Part shown: piece by piece, positions 31,791-53,910 of the stretch
Layout of the letters: every line of letters starts with the position of its first letter
How positions within the stretch are numbered: position 1 is the stretch's first letter
NCBI GenBank assembly: GCA_002269645.1
Contig: NIVC01000104.1
Span: forward strand, 835,179 to 899,178
Length of the DNA: 64,000 nucleotides
Source of the DNA: Macrostomum lignano
Lineage: Eukaryota
Direction: 5' to 3'
Notes under the pieces: generated by a model
Databases searched by the model: none
Seen by the model: the letters and a program-made list of their open reading frames with translations, nothing else
Told to the model about the DNA's origin: nothing
Made by a program: the position numbers and the translations under genes

Positions 31791-32419
31791 GCTCAAGGCC
31801 CAGTAGTGGATAGCTGACTCTAATTTATCCTGGGCTCAATAATATCTTATATCTTACGATATCTTACGATAAACTTATTCTACGTTTTGCAATTGTTACA
31901 AGATGACTCAATTGGTTAAGCTCGTGTTGTTTAACTCCACAGGTGATATTTACAAGTTCGGTTACGCGTGTACCGCATGCATGCCTGCATCAGGTAGCAA
32001 AGCTGTCGATCTCAATCACGGCCAGCATCAATCTTATTCAATCTACACACTTCCTCTCGAAATAAAGAGAAGAAAATGCAGTCGGAAAAACTCCCACGTA
32101 GTATTTTGTAAGCAAAAAATTATTTTTAATGCGCGGATGAGTGTGAAAACATCCTCTCTCTCTCTCTTAAGCGTTGTGCAGCATGCGATTTAAGCAGCCT
32201 CTCCCTGTCATCCACTTCAAGCAGAGTGAACGCTCCAGTCTGCCCGTGAGAATCCGTCTGGGATTGGCTGTTGCCTGCCTCCTATAGCACGTGTTCTCAA
32301 GCGCCACCGGATTCGCGCTCACAGTTGAAATATAATTCCAGTTCATCTGTTGCTCACCGCTGCCTGCTTGCTGCCTAAGGGTGTTGAGTTCTTTCAATTT
32401 TAATTCCGCATAATACCGC

Positions 32420-36250
<3,831 letters not shown>

Positions 36251-36469
36251 AAAAACGTCCTCGTTTGCGGATTTTCCAGCTCCTGCTAGTGATTTTATTT
36301 TTTTATAATCATCCTTCTAAATGTCTTAATTGATGAAATTTTCAAAGCACTTTGACTACACGGAGTGCTAGAGTGTAGGAAGGAGTGAAATACTGAAGGA
36401 GGGAGTGTGACAGAGTGAAGAAAATGTAGAATGAAAGAGGAAGGGTTAAAGTAAAATTTGGGGTGATAA

Positions 36470-36945
36470 GAGTGACAGAGAATGTGCCAGAGTGAAAGAT
36501 ATAGTGATAGAGTGACGGAGAGTGTGCCAGAGTGAAAGAGATCGTGATAGAGTGACGGAGAGTGTACCAGAGTGAAAGAGATCGTGATAGAGTGACGGAG
36601 AGTGTACCAGAGTGAAAGAGATCGTGATAGAGTGACGGAGAGTGTACCAGAGTGAAAGATATAGTGATAGAGTGACGGAGAGTGTGCCAGAGTGAAATAT
36701 ATAGTGATAGAGTGATGGAGAGTGTACCAGAGTGAAAGAGATCGTGATAGAGTGACGGAGAGTGTACCAGAGTGAAAGAGATCGTGATAGAGTGACGGAG
36801 AGTGTACCAGAGTGAAAGAGATCGTGATAGAGTGACGGAGAGTGTACCAGAGTGAAAGATATAGTGATAGAGTGACGGAGAGTGTGCCAGAGTGAAATAT
36901 ATAGTGATAGAGTGACGGAGAGTGTGCCAGAGTGAAAAATGGAGT
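36470..36945. repeat. 40-bp minisatellite (GAGAGTGTACCAGAGTGAAAGAGATCGTGATAGAGTGACG)
   Basis: About 12 copies. Confidence 0.95.
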
Positions 36946-37594
36946 GAACCAGTCCCTCAGTAAATCACAAAGCAACGCAACTGCGGATTCGATGACGCCC
37001 TTTTCCCATTCCCCATCCTCAGCCTCCTATTGAATTTACCGCATCCCAGCCACTCAGTTAATAAAAGTACAGTCGCACTGTACGTACGCGATCAATTCAA
37101 GATCCAGTTTACTCCTAGCTCGTTTTTACGACTGCTTTCTCTTTCTCAATCAGCCAGTCTCTCTCTCTCTCTCCATCTCCCTTGGCGAATCACTAATTGA
37201 CTAACAGACTGAGCATAGAGACATTGAGGATGGAGGAGAGAGGATAGAGAGAAAATGACATTTTAGCACCAAACCCGGGAGCTAATTAACCATGCACTGC
37301 CGCATCAATAGTACCGATGCAATATGCAGCTCAATCTGAGGCTATAAGCTCATATTTCCTATGCGATTAATAGCATTGACTAACTTACTGCATTTGCTAA
37401 GTGAATCAGTCAGAACTTATAGTCAGCGCGTGTTGATTTCTGTACAGATTTTGCATTGGCTAAGCAAATACTGCACGGCCGTGTATGCACTCGCGGATTA
37501 TGTAGACGCCTTACCATCTCAATGCAGTTTAGCTGGATTTGGGTGTTTTATTGAGAGCCGGTTCATTTGGGAATAGAAAAAGCACGTTTCTTAG

Positions 37595-39170
37595 CCCACT
37601 CAGCTCTGAGGATTTTAGCGCCACTCAGCCCTGAGGATTTTAGCGCCACTCAGCTCTGAGGATTTTGGCGCCACTCAGCTCTGAGGATTTTAACGCCACT
37701 CAGCTTTGAGGATTTTAGCGCCACTCAGCCCTGAGGATTTTAGCGCCAATCAGCTCTGAGGATTTTAGCGCCACTCAGCTCTGAGGATTTTAGCGCCACT
37801 CAGCTCTGAGGATTTTAGCCCCACTCAGCTCTGAGGATTTTAGCGCCAATCAGCTCTGAGGATTTTAGCGCCACTCAGCTCTGAGGATTTTAGCGCCACT
37901 CAGCTCTGAGGATTTTAGCCCCACTCAGCTTTGAGGATTTTAGCGCCAATCAGCTCTGAGGATTTTAGCGCCACTCAGCTTTGAGGATTTTAGCGCCACT
38001 CAGCTTTGAGGACTTTAGCGCCACTCAGCTTTGAGGATTTTAGCGCCAATCAGCTCTGAGGATTTTAGCGCCACTCAGCTTTGAGGATTTTAGCGCCACT
38101 CAGCCCTGAGGACTTTAGCGCCACTCAGCTTTGAGGATTTTAGCGCCACTCAGCCCTGAGGATTTTAGCGCCACTCAGCTTTGAGGATTTTAGCGCCACT
38201 CAGCTTTGAGGATTTTAGCGCCACTCAGCTTTGAGGATTTTAGCGAAACTCAGCTTTGAGGATTTTAGCGCCACTCAGCTTTGAGGATTTTAGCGCCACT
38301 CAGCTTTGAGGACTTTAGCGCCACTCAGCTTTGAGGATTTTAGCGCCACTCAGCTTTGAGGATTTTAGCGCCACTCAGCTTTGAGGAATTGAGCGCCACT
38401 CAGCTTTGAGGATTTTAGCGCCACTCAGCTTTGAGGGTTTTAGGGGGGCCACTTAGCTTTGAGGACTTTAGCCCCACTCAGCTTTGAGGATTTTAGAGGG
38501 GCCACTTAGCTTTGAGGACTTTAGCCCCACTCAGCTTTGAGGATTTTAGGGGGGCCACTTTGCTTTGAGGACTTTAGCCCCACTCAGCTTTGAGGATTTT
38601 GGCGCCACTCAGCTCTGAGGATTTTAGCACCACTCAGCTCTGAGGATTTTAGCGCCACTCAGCTCTGAGGATTTTAGCGCCACTCAGCTCTGAGGACTTT
38701 AGCACCACTCAGCTTTGAGGGTTTTGGGGGGGCCACTTAGCTTTGAGGACTTTAGCCCCACTCAGCTTTGAGGATTTTGGCGTCACTTAGCTCTGAGGAT
38801 TTTGGCGCCACTCAGCCCTGAGGATTTTAGCGCCACTCAGCTTTGAGGACTTTAGCGCCACTCAGCCCTGAGGAATTTAGCGCCACTCAGCCCTGAGGAT
38901 TTTAGCGCCACTCAGCTTTGAGGAGTTTAGCGCCACTCAGCTTTGAGGACTTTAGCGCCACTCAGCTTTGAGGATTTTAGCGCCACTCAGCTTTGAGGAT
39001 TTTAGCGCCAATCAGCTCTGAGGATTTTAGCCCCACTCAGCTCTGAGTATTTTGACGCCACTCAGCCCTGAGGATTTTAGCGCCACTCAGCCCTGAGGAT
39101 TTTAGCGCCACTCAGCCCTGATGATTTTAGCGCCACTCAGCCCTGAGCATTTTAGCGCCACTCAGCATTC
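37595..39170. repeat. 25-bp minisatellite (GCCACTCAGCTTTGAGGATTTTAGC)
   Basis: About 60 copies. Confidence 0.97.
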
Positions 39171-39770
39171 GAATAAAGTTTGCTTCAGAAAACTTTGATA
39201 AAACGCAAGTGTTTACTTATAGTAGGCTATCAAGGCGTGATAAATTCTATCGGTAATTTCACAATTACGAGTTCAACATAATATTCAATAAATCATAAAT
39301 CAATAATAAAATCAAGATTTAGCTGGTAATTTGACCGAATATAATTCGTGCTTTACAAACGCATTAGGAATTAATAGAAGATTAATCGCGTATACTCGTC
39401 TGCATAGAAATAGACAAGAAACAGAGCAGTAATATGAGCTACCATGTACAGTGCGCTCAGGGACAGAGAGAAACGAACACAGTGTGAGCAGCACTTGCGC
39501 TCACAAGGCACCTCTAGTTGGATTGAAAGAGAGGAATAAACGGGACTGAACACAAGTATTGCTGAGGTGGATTGGCCGACCAGGGCAGGGGGATCAATAA
39601 CTCGTAGGCGATACGGATCTGCCTGCTCAGGAACCAAAGTGCGCATAGCCGAATTCCAACCCTCCCCCCCCCCCCCTACTCGCATAAGACGATTTTTCTA
39701 TTTTCCATGGCAAGTCTTTAAGAATGTGCGAAGTTCTTTGAATTCTCTGGCGTGATTGCTGTACGCCAAA

Positions 39771-44646
<4,876 letters not shown>

Positions 44647-44914
44647 AGCACTGCCGTTTTCTTGTTTATTTAAATTTGTATAAAATGAGTTCGGGCTATA
44701 GAGAAAAGTGTTCAATGTATGAAGCAACCATCACTTCGCCCCTTCATTCCAGATGTCCACTCGGAACCAAATTTCCCCGTTTGATGAGGCTGAAAACGGC
44801 GAGAGCCCGTGACAAGAAAACTCTTCGCCGAGACTCCTTGAGACTGTTTTGCGCTCTGAGCGTCAGCTAGCATCTTTCGCACGTCTGCACCGGCTCCTGT
44901 GTCTGTCATGCAGC

Positions 44915-45170
44915 TCCTCTCTTCTCCCTCTCCTCTCTTCTCCCTCCTCTCCTCTCTTCTCCCTCCTCTCCTCTCTTCTCCCTCCTCTCCTCTCTTCTCC
45001 CTCCTCTCCTCTCTTCTCCCTCCTCTCCTCTCTTCTCCCTCTCCTCTCTTCTCCCTCCTCTCCTCTCTTCTCCCTCCTCTCCTCTCTTCTCCCTCCTCTC
45101 CTCTCTTCTCCCTCCTCTCCTCTCTTCTCCCTCCTCTCCTCTCTTCTCCCTCCTCTCCTCTCTTCTCCTC
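44915..45170. repeat. 19-bp polypyrimidine minisatellite (TCCTCTCCTCTCTTCTCCC)
   Basis: Direct reading. Confidence 0.95.
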
Positions 45171-45779
45171 TCTCGTCTCTCCCCTCCCCTCCCCTATCCC
45201 CTCCCCTTCTCTCCCCTCACCTCAGCACAATGCTTGTTAGCATAGCCAATACGTAATATAGTTCGTACTTACGAGCGTATCCGTGGCATCAAAAATGAAC
45301 TTAAACAAAAGCTTCTGTGCACGAGTTCATGACTACTAATATATTTATATGGTATAAAGTAATGATTTGATTAAGAAATATATTTTATTTGAAATGCTTT
45401 ACAAGCACACCGTATTCAGCTGTTAAAAAATGAACGCAAAAAGCAACGTGTTGCTTAATTTTGGTTGCATCTGAAATATCATATTTGGTTCATAGCGCCG
45501 GCTTGCTATTATTGTAGTTTACATTTTTTCAGTTTCCATGACAACTTTAGAAAATCCTACAAAAATTGCATATATTATAATGTCCAGTGTTTGGATTGAC
45601 AGCAGGGACTACTACTCAAACACCGGGACGTGAAACTAGGCAAAACATGGTGTTTGAGTAGTCCATGATTGACAGCTGAACTCGCACTCAAGCTCAAGAT
45701 GCTGCGATTTAGAAAAACGAAAAGGCAATGAGTATTTGCATCTGTCTGTCGTTCTACTCCCCTCTCTCAGTTTTCTCGA

Positions 45780-47300
45780 TGCCACTCTCAATGTCACTAA
45801 ATTTCACTCTCAATGCCACTCTCAATGCCACTCTCAATGCCACTCTCAATGCCACTAAATTTCACTCTCAATGCCACTCTCAATGCCACTCTCAATGCCA
45901 CTCTCAATGCCACTAAATTTCACTCTCAATGCCACTCTCAATGCCACTCTCAATGTCACTAAATTTCACTCTCAATGCCACTCTCAATGCCACTCTCAAT
46001 GCCACTCTCAATGCCACTCTCAAGGCCACTCTCAATGCCACTCTCAATGCCACTCTCAATGTCACTAAATTTCACTCTCAATGCCACTCTCAATGCCACT
46101 CTCAATGCCACTCTCAATGCCACTCTCAATGCCACTCTCAATGTCACTAAATTTCACTCTCAATGCCACTCTCAATGCCACTCTCAATGCCACTCTCAAT
46201 GCCACTCTCAAGGCCACTCTCAATGCCACTCTCAATGTCACTAAATTTCACTCTCAATGCCACTCTCAATGCCACTCTCAATGCCACTCTCAATGTCACT
46301 AAATTTCACTCTCAATGCCACTCTCAATGCCACTCTCAATGTCACTAAATTTCACTCTCAATGCCACTCTCAATGCCACTCTCAATGTCACTAAATTTCA
46401 CTCTCAATGCCACTCTCAATGCCACTCTCAATGTCACTAAATTTCACTCTCAATGCCACTCTCAATGCCACTCTCAATGCCACTCTCAATGCCACTCTCA
46501 ATGCCACTCTCAATGTCACTAAATTTCACTCTCAATGCCACTCTCAATGCCACTCTCAATGCCACTCTCAATGCCACTCTCAATGTCACTAAATTTCACT
46601 CTCAATGCCACTCTCAATGCCACTCTCAATGCCACTCTCAATGTCAATAAATTTCACTCACAATGTCACTCTCAATGGCACTATTAATGTCAGTCTCAAT
46701 GACACTCTCAATCTCACTCTAAATGTCACTCTCAATGTCACTCTCAATTTCAATCCTAATTTCACTCTCAATGTCACTCTCAATGGCACTCTTAATGTCA
46801 GTCTCAATGACACTCTCAATCTCACTCTAAATGTCACTCTCAATGTCACTCTCAATTTCAATCCTAATTTCACTCTCAATGTCACTCACAATGTCACTCT
46901 CAATGACACTCTTAATGTCAGTCTCAATGACACTCTCAATCTCACTCTAAATGTCACTCTCAATGTCACTCTCAATTTCAATCCTAATTTCACTCTCAAT
47001 GTCACTCTCAATGTCACTCTCAATGACACCCTCAATGTCACTCTCAATGACACTCTCAATGTCACTCTAAATGTCACTCTCAATGTCACTCTCAATTTCA
47101 ATCCTAATTTCACTCTCAATGTCACTCTCAATGTCACTCTCAATGACACCCTCAATGTCACTCTCAATGACACTCTCAATGTCACTCTCAATGCCACTCT
47201 CAATGTCCCTCTCAATGTCACTCTCAATGCCACTCTCAATGCCACACTCAATTCACTTACAAAGTCACTCTCAATGTCACTCTCAGTTTCACTCTCAATG
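45780..47300. repeat. 12-bp-based minisatellite (CACTCTCAATG[C/T]) with higher-order blocks
   Basis: Direct reading; periodic TAAATTT and CAATCCTAATTT variant units. Confidence 0.95.
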
Positions 47301-47739
47301 TCATGCTCTCATGACTCGTGCTCCCCGCGAGTTCCGATCCCCTGATTCCTGACCCTCTAGGTCGAAATTCCACGGCGTGCTGCAAACTGAAGCCCAGAGC
47401 TCGGTGTAATAAACATTCTGAAAGCCGTTGGACCTCAGCTGTGCACTCAAGATCACAAGCACCTGAGCCAAAACTTTCCCGAGGCTCACGGGCCTGCTTC
47501 AGGGTAGGCGCACTGCCTTAATTAAATATTAATTACAGAAACTAGCCTAAGCAAAAATTTGTGCCAGCGAGAATGTAAAAAACTTCAGGTGGTAACTGAG
47601 CACACATACCAGGATGAAGCTGTGATGCTGAGTAAACAAACTTGACCGACTTAGCATTTCTACCTTGAAATGGTTCCTCAGGATTCTGTCCCATAACTTT
47701 AGATTTAATCTGAATTTAGAAATATAACACTATTTATCC

Positions 47740-49110
47740 TCTCAATCCCATCCTCCAAATCCCATCCTTTCAATCCCATCCTTTCAATCTCATCCTTTCA
47801 ATCCCATCCTCAGAATCCCATCCTCTCAATCCCATCCTCTCGATCCCATCCTCTCGATCCCATCCTCTCAATCCCATCCTCTCGATCCCATCCTCTCAAT
47901 CCCATCCTCTCAATCCCACTCTCTCGATCCCATCCTCTCAATCCCATCCTCTCAATCCCATCCTCTCAATCCCATCCTCTCGATCCCATCCTCTCAATCC
48001 CATCCTCTCAATCCCATCCTCTCGATCCCATCCTCTCGATCCCATCCTCTCAATCCCATCCTCTCAATCCCATCCTCTCAATCCCATCCTCTCAATCCCA
48101 TCCTCTCAATCCCATCCTCTCAATCTCATCCTCTCAATCCCATCCTCTCAATCCCATCCTCTCAATCCCATCCTCTCGATCCCATCCTCTCAATCCCATC
48201 CTCTCAATCTCATCCTCTCAATCCCATCCTCTCGATCCCATCCTCTCGATCCCATCCTCTCAATTCCATTCTCTTAATCTCATCCTCTCGATCCCATCCT
48301 CTCGATCCCATCCTCTCGATCCCATCCTCTCGATCCCATCCTCTCAATCCCATCCTCTCGATCCCATCCTCTCGATCCCATCCTCTCAATCCCATCCTCT
48401 CGATCCCATCCTCTCAATCCCATCCTCTCAATCTCATCCTCTCAATCCCATCCTCTCGATCCCATCCTCTCAATCCCATCCTCTCAATCCCATCCTCTCG
48501 ATCCCATCCTCTCAATCCCATCCTCTCAATCCCATCCTCTCAATCTCATCCTCTCAATCCCATCCTCTCAATCCCATCCTCTCGATCCCATCCTCTCAAT
48601 CCCATCCTCTCAATCTCATCCTCTCAATCCCATCCTCTCGATCCCATCCTCTCGATCCCATCCTCTCAATTCCATTCTCTTAATCTCATCCTCTCGATCC
48701 CATCCTCTCAATCCCATCCTCTCGATCCCATCCTCTCAATCCCATCCTCTCAATCCCACCCTCTCAATCCCATCCTCTCAATCCCATCCTCTCAATCCCA
48801 TCCTCTCAATCCCATCCTCTCGATCCCATCCTCTCAATCCCATCCTCTCAATCCCATCCTCTCGATCCCATCCTCTCAATCCCATCCTCTCAATCCCATC
48901 CTCTCAATCCCATCCTCTCAATCTCATCCTCTCAATCCCATCCTCTCGATCCCATCCTCTCAATCCCATCCTCTCAATTCCATTCTCTTAATCTCATCCT
49001 CTCGATCCCATCCTCTCAATCCCATCCTCTCGATCCCATCCTCTCAATCCCATCCTCTCAATCCCATCCTCTCAATCCCATCCTCTCAATCCCATCAGCT
49101 CAATCCATCT
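47740..49110. repeat. 14-bp minisatellite (ATCCCATCCTCTC[A/G])
   Basis: About 97 copies. Confidence 0.97.
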
Positions 49111-49369
49111 AATCCCAGGTTTACCATCTCCAAATTTTCTGGTACACAGTTCTTCCTTACCTGCCTTTTCTGACCAGAAAAGCAGAAAAAATGCTTAATC
49201 TAACGGCATACCTTTCTTTTAGGCCTTCCAATTATCTAGTGAGCCTTCTGCTGTCATTCTTTTGACCAATATCTTTTGCCGGTTTACAATATTCGATGGC
49301 GGGACGGGATGTGAGACTTCGTTTCTGAGCAATTCTTGAAAGCTGGCTTTTCGCGTAATTATAGACTCG

Positions 49370-49740
49370 CTCTCTGAGTCCCACCTTCTGAGTCCCAACC
49401 ATTCAGTCCCACCCTCTGAGACACACACTCTGAGTCTTAACTTCTGAGTCTCAAACTCCGAGTCCCAAAATCTGAGTCTCAAACTCTGAGTCACACCCTC
49501 TGAGTCACACCCTCTGAGTCACACCCTCTGAGTCACACCCTCTTAGTCACACCCTCTGAGTCACACCCTCTGAGTCACACCCTCTGAGTCACACCCTCTG
49601 AGTCACAACCTCTAAGTCATATCCTCTGAGTCACACCCTCTGAGTAACAACCCCTGAGTCACACCCTCTGAGTCACTACCTCTGAGTCACACCCTCTGAG
49701 TCACACCCTCTGAGTCACACCCTCTGAGTCACAACCTCTC
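49370..49740. repeat. 14-bp minisatellite (TGAGTCACACCCTC)
   Basis: About 17 good copies plus a degenerate left edge. Confidence 0.95.
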
Positions 49741-50053
49741 TGAAACACACCGCCCACATCTAAGTCAACCCACACTCTAGCAAATTAACAGAGCGAGTCT
49801 TCTCCATGCCCCCATGACCCACCAGCGTTACGAGGCGTCTGAAGTTTCTCAGAAAATGAGAATCTGGGGGAGAAAAGAAGGCAAAGCCGCCTCATTGGCT
49901 TGGAGCTCATCCAAATTAAACATTAACTGTTGCCTCAAAAGACGGAAAATTCCCACAAAAATTGCGTTTAAAATTCTGTTGTTAAGAAAGCAGCGAAAGT
50001 ACTAATTTTGCAAGAGTTTAGCAATACAAGGTCGAAATTTGAAATTGTCGACT

Positions 50054-53000
50054 ATGGAAGGAAACGTTGACAAAGGAAATCTGAGTAGTCTGCAGGTTGT
50101 ACTGCTCTGCATTGCTGGTAGGTTTTTAACTTCCCATAAATCCCTTACCGACAATCCCATACCGACAATCCCGTACCGACGAATATACCACACCGACAAT
50201 CCCATACCGACAATCCCGTACCGACGAATATACCACACCGACAATCCCATACCGACAATCCTATATCGACAATCCCATACCGATAATACCGTACCGACAA
50301 ATATACCACACCGACAATCCCATACCGACAATCCCATATCGACAATCCCATACCAATAATACCGTACCGACAAATATACCACACCGACAATCCCATACCG
50401 GCAATCCCATATCGACAATCCCATACCGACAATCCCATATCGAGAATCCCATACCGACAATCCCATACCGACAATCCCATACCGACAATCCCGTACCGAC
50501 AAATATACCACACCGACAATCCCATACCGACAATCCCATATCGACAATCCCATACCAATAATACCGTACCGACAAATATACCACACCGACAATCCCATAC
50601 CGGCAATCCCATATCGACAATCCCATACCGACAATCCCATATCGAGAATCCCATACCGACAATCCCATACCGACAATCCCATACCGACAATCCCGTACCG
50701 ACGAATATACCACACCGACAATCCCATACCGACAATCCCGTACCGACGAATATACCACACCGACAATCCCATACCGACAATCCCATATCGACAATCCCAT
50801 ACCGATAATACCGTACCGACAAATATACCACACCGACAATCCCATACCGACAATCCCATACCGACAAACACAACACCGACTATCCCATACCGACAAACAC
50901 AACACCGAAAATCACATACCGACAAACACAACACCGACTATCCCATACCAGCAATCCCATATTGACAATCCTATACCGACAATCCCATATCGACAATCCC
51001 ATACCGATAATACCGTACCGACAAATATACCACACCGACAATCCCATACCGACAATCCCATATCGACAATCCCATACCAATAATACCGTACCGACAAATA
51101 TACCACACCGACAATCCCATACCGGCAATCCCATACCCACAATCCCATACCGACAATCCCATACCGACAATCCCATACCGACAATCTCACACCGACAATC
51201 CCACACCGACAATCCCGTACCGACAAACACAACACCGACAATCCCATACCGACAAACACAACACCGACTATCCCATACCGACAAACACAACACCGAAAAT
51301 CACATACCGACAAACACAACACCGACTATCCCATACCAGCAATCCCATATTGACAATCCTATACCGACAATCCCATACCGACAATCCCATACCGACAATC
51401 CCATACCGACAATCCTATACCGACAATCCCATTAAATCGAATTTAAGCAGCTCTGCTGCCGTCGTGCTCGGCCACCGGGACGATCAGCGACCGCTCTTAC
51501 AGCGAGTGGTCTGGCCCACTCCGCCTGAACGACTCCGTCAGCAGCCAGGGGGTGAACGCGTCCACTGCTGACGGTCTTCGCTCCGAGTTCGAGTGTCTCA
51601 ACGCCTGCACCCGAGAAGACGGCTGCGCTGCGGCGCGCACCTCAATGCCGACGTCTCTGGGCGGGTTTGCCTGTCAGCTGGTGCTGGTCAACGACACCTC
51701 GAAGGCTCCTGGGCCGTCCGGTTCTCACGCTGACCGGCTGGTGCACGCGGGCCGCGGCTGGAAGCTGTGGGTGCGCGACGATCTTGACGAACTGCTGCGA
51801 CTGCGTCGGTTCGCCAACGGCACCTTCGAGTTCCGCGGTGAGTCTGGGGGTTGCTGCACATTTTAGTCCGCTAATCCTGGGGATCACGACTTCATCAATT
51901 CATCTTCCAGCCTCCAGCACAGGTCGGAACGGCTCCATCCAGCAGGCCGTCATCAACGTGACCGGCTGCTACCGCATCGAGGCCGCGGGTGCAGCTGGCG
52001 GAGCCAACAGCTTCAAAGGCCAAGCCAGCGGCAGGGGGGCTCTGGTGGCCGGCAGCTTCAACCTGACTGCCGGCACGCGGCTGTCCATCGTGGTCGGTCA
52101 GGCCGGCGGCCCGCCAACTTCCGCTGAAGCGGGAGCCGGAGGCGGCGGTGGCAGCTTCGTGTACCGGACTGAGGGCGAACAGCAGCTGCTGCTGTCTGCT
52201 GGAGGCGGCGGAGGCGCTTCACAATGGGCTGCAGGTGGGGAATTGGGATTCTACTCCATAATAGTAATACAATACCTTAGTAATAATAATTGATTACACC
52301 TGCCCTAATGGGCAGATGTGCAACCGACAGTTGACAACGGCTGTTCAGTCCAAGTACTGGGGGGTCGCCACTCACAGCCTCAGTTACCCCAGCTAATGCT
52401 GGCACCCATTTTACAGCTGGGTGAACTGAAGCAATGCAGAGTTAGGTGTCTTGCTCAAGGACTCAAATTGATCCATTGGGATCGGGAATCGAACCCCCGA
52501 CCTTGAAGTCGTGAGTCCGGCACTCTAACACCACTAGGCTACAACCCATCAATAAAAAATATAAGAAATCCATGATGGCGCTGAACTGCAAGGTGGTGGC
52601 GTCAAGGAGTCGGTCACAATTTCACTCTACTCTCTTCATTTGGAGCCAAAAATCTCCCGTCATGCCGAAAACCCGACCACTTTAGCATTTGGGTATCTCT
52701 ATGGGGAGAAATGGTTGTGAAGGAGCTTAGCACTTCACTTTTAAGAAGGCTCCATTCTTAAGTTAAGAGACCCATAGAGATCCCCAAATGCTAAAGTGGT
52801 CGGATTTTCGGCATAACGGGGGAGCTTTTTGGTTCCAAAAAAGGGATTGGCGTAGTGTTAATATTTGGCCTCCATTTCGAATCCTAAGTTCACATCCTCT
52901 TTTCCAAGACGTCTAGTTTCCGTCCTTCTACTTTCGGTAGTCCTTGGATGGGGTTTGGCCCATAGAGGCTTAGGAATGTACAGGTTAAGAGTTGGACAGG

Positions 53001-53543
53001 ATTTGAGGTTCGCATTAGAGGTTAGGCAGCTCCCAGAACTTTCAACACCCAACCCCCAAAGGCCGTCCTGGACTCTCTGGTGCGAACGGCGGCGACTCCT
53101 ATGGCCAAAACCCGGACAACAAGGGCCTCGGTGGCAGCGGCGGTCAGCCCGGCAACAGCGGCACGGGGAGCAGCTCCAGCTTTAACGGCGGCTGCGGCGC
53201 CGGCTGGCTGGGCCGGGCGCCAAAGCGCCTCAACGCCGGCTACGGAGACTCCGGCGGCGACCGCAGCGTCGGCTTTGTCGGCGGCGCGGCTGGCAGCGGC
53301 GGCGATGGCGGCGACGGCGGCTTCGGCGGCGGTGGCGGCGGCGGCAGCTCGGCCGGAGCTGCTGGCGCCGGCGGCGGCTTCAGCGGCGGAGGCGCCGGCG
53401 TCGGCGGAAAGCACGCTGGAGGCGGCGGCGGCTCCTTCTGCGGCGGAGGCGCCGGCTGCAGCGGCTCCGATGGCGACAACTCGGCCTCCGAGCAGGGCCG
53501 GGTGGAGCTGCGGCTGCTGGCTGCTGCTCAGGCCTCTTGCTGA
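50054..53543 (+). CDS. Secreted protein: signal peptide + PAN/apple-like domain + ALK/LTK-type glycine-rich domain; exons 50054-50117, 51451-51837, 51923-52234, 53062-53543 (414 aa)
   Basis: Hydrophobic N-terminus (..SSLQVVLLCIAALLPSCSA); ECLNACTREDGC...CQL; TGCYRIEAAGAAGG...GALVAGSFNLTAGTRLSIVVGQAG...GGGGGSFV...LLLSAGGGGGA and GFGGGGG..AGAGGGFSGG...GGGGGSF motifs typical of the ALK/LTK glycine-rich domain; all introns phase 1; no TM helix or kinase. Confidence 0.85.
50150..51430. repeat. 14-bp-based composite minisatellite (ACCGACAATCCCAT and variants), intron 1 of the glycine-rich gene
   Basis: Direct reading. Confidence 0.96.
52281..52543 (-). mobile_element. tRNA-derived SINE, family A, near-complete copy
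   Basis: On the minus strand: A box TAGCCTAGTGG, B box GGTTCGATTCC, CORE-like TCCTTGAGCAAGACACCTAACTC...CAGCTGTAAAATGGGT, shared 3' tail and (TTA)n. Confidence 0.85.
52639..52839. mobile_element. Small MITE-like inverted repeat (~67-bp arms, ~65-bp spacer)
   Basis: TTTGGAGCCAAAAATCTCCCGTCATGCCGAAAACCCGACCACTTTAGCATTTGGGTATCTCTATGGG is reverse-complemented at 52771-52839 with few mismatches. Confidence 0.7.
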
Positions 53544-53554
53544 GCCCTCTAAAC

Positions 53555-53910
53555 CCCTCTAAACCCTCTAAACCCCATCCTCCGAATCCCAACCTTGGCC
53601 CAATCCCACTATTCAAATCCCACCCTCCCAATCCCACCCTCCCAGTCCCACCCTCCCAATCCCACCCTCCAAATCTCACCCTCCCAGTCCCATCCTCCAA
53701 ATCCCACCCTCCCAATTCCACCCTCCAAATACCACCCTCCCAGTCCCATCCTCCAAATCCCACCCTCCAAATCCCTCCTCAAAATCCCCTCCTCCAAATC
53801 CCACCCTCCAAATCCCATCCTCCGAATCCCACCCTCCAAATCCCTCCTCAAAATCCCCTCCTCCAAATCCCACCCTCCAAATCCCATCCTCCAAATCCTA
53901 TCCTACCATT
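53555..53910. repeat. ~14-bp C-rich minisatellite (ATCCCACCCTCC[A/C]A) directly after the stop codon
   Basis: Direct reading. Confidence 0.9.

Noticed and set aside
46605-47345. 246-aa ORF packed with N-x-T sequons, mucin-like
   Set aside because: Frame of a 12-bp minisatellite; no signal peptide or supported splice links.
44712-49500. Possible exons between arrays (44712-44909 minus, 47300-47500 either strand, 49130-49350 minus)
   Set aside because: Some splice-like signals exist, but no phase-consistent, recognisable protein could be assembled; needs RNA-seq.
52470-52543. Possible tRNA genes (also ~25630-25700 and ~60110-60180)
   Set aside because: A/B boxes run straight into SINE body and tail sequence; no complete cloverleaf.
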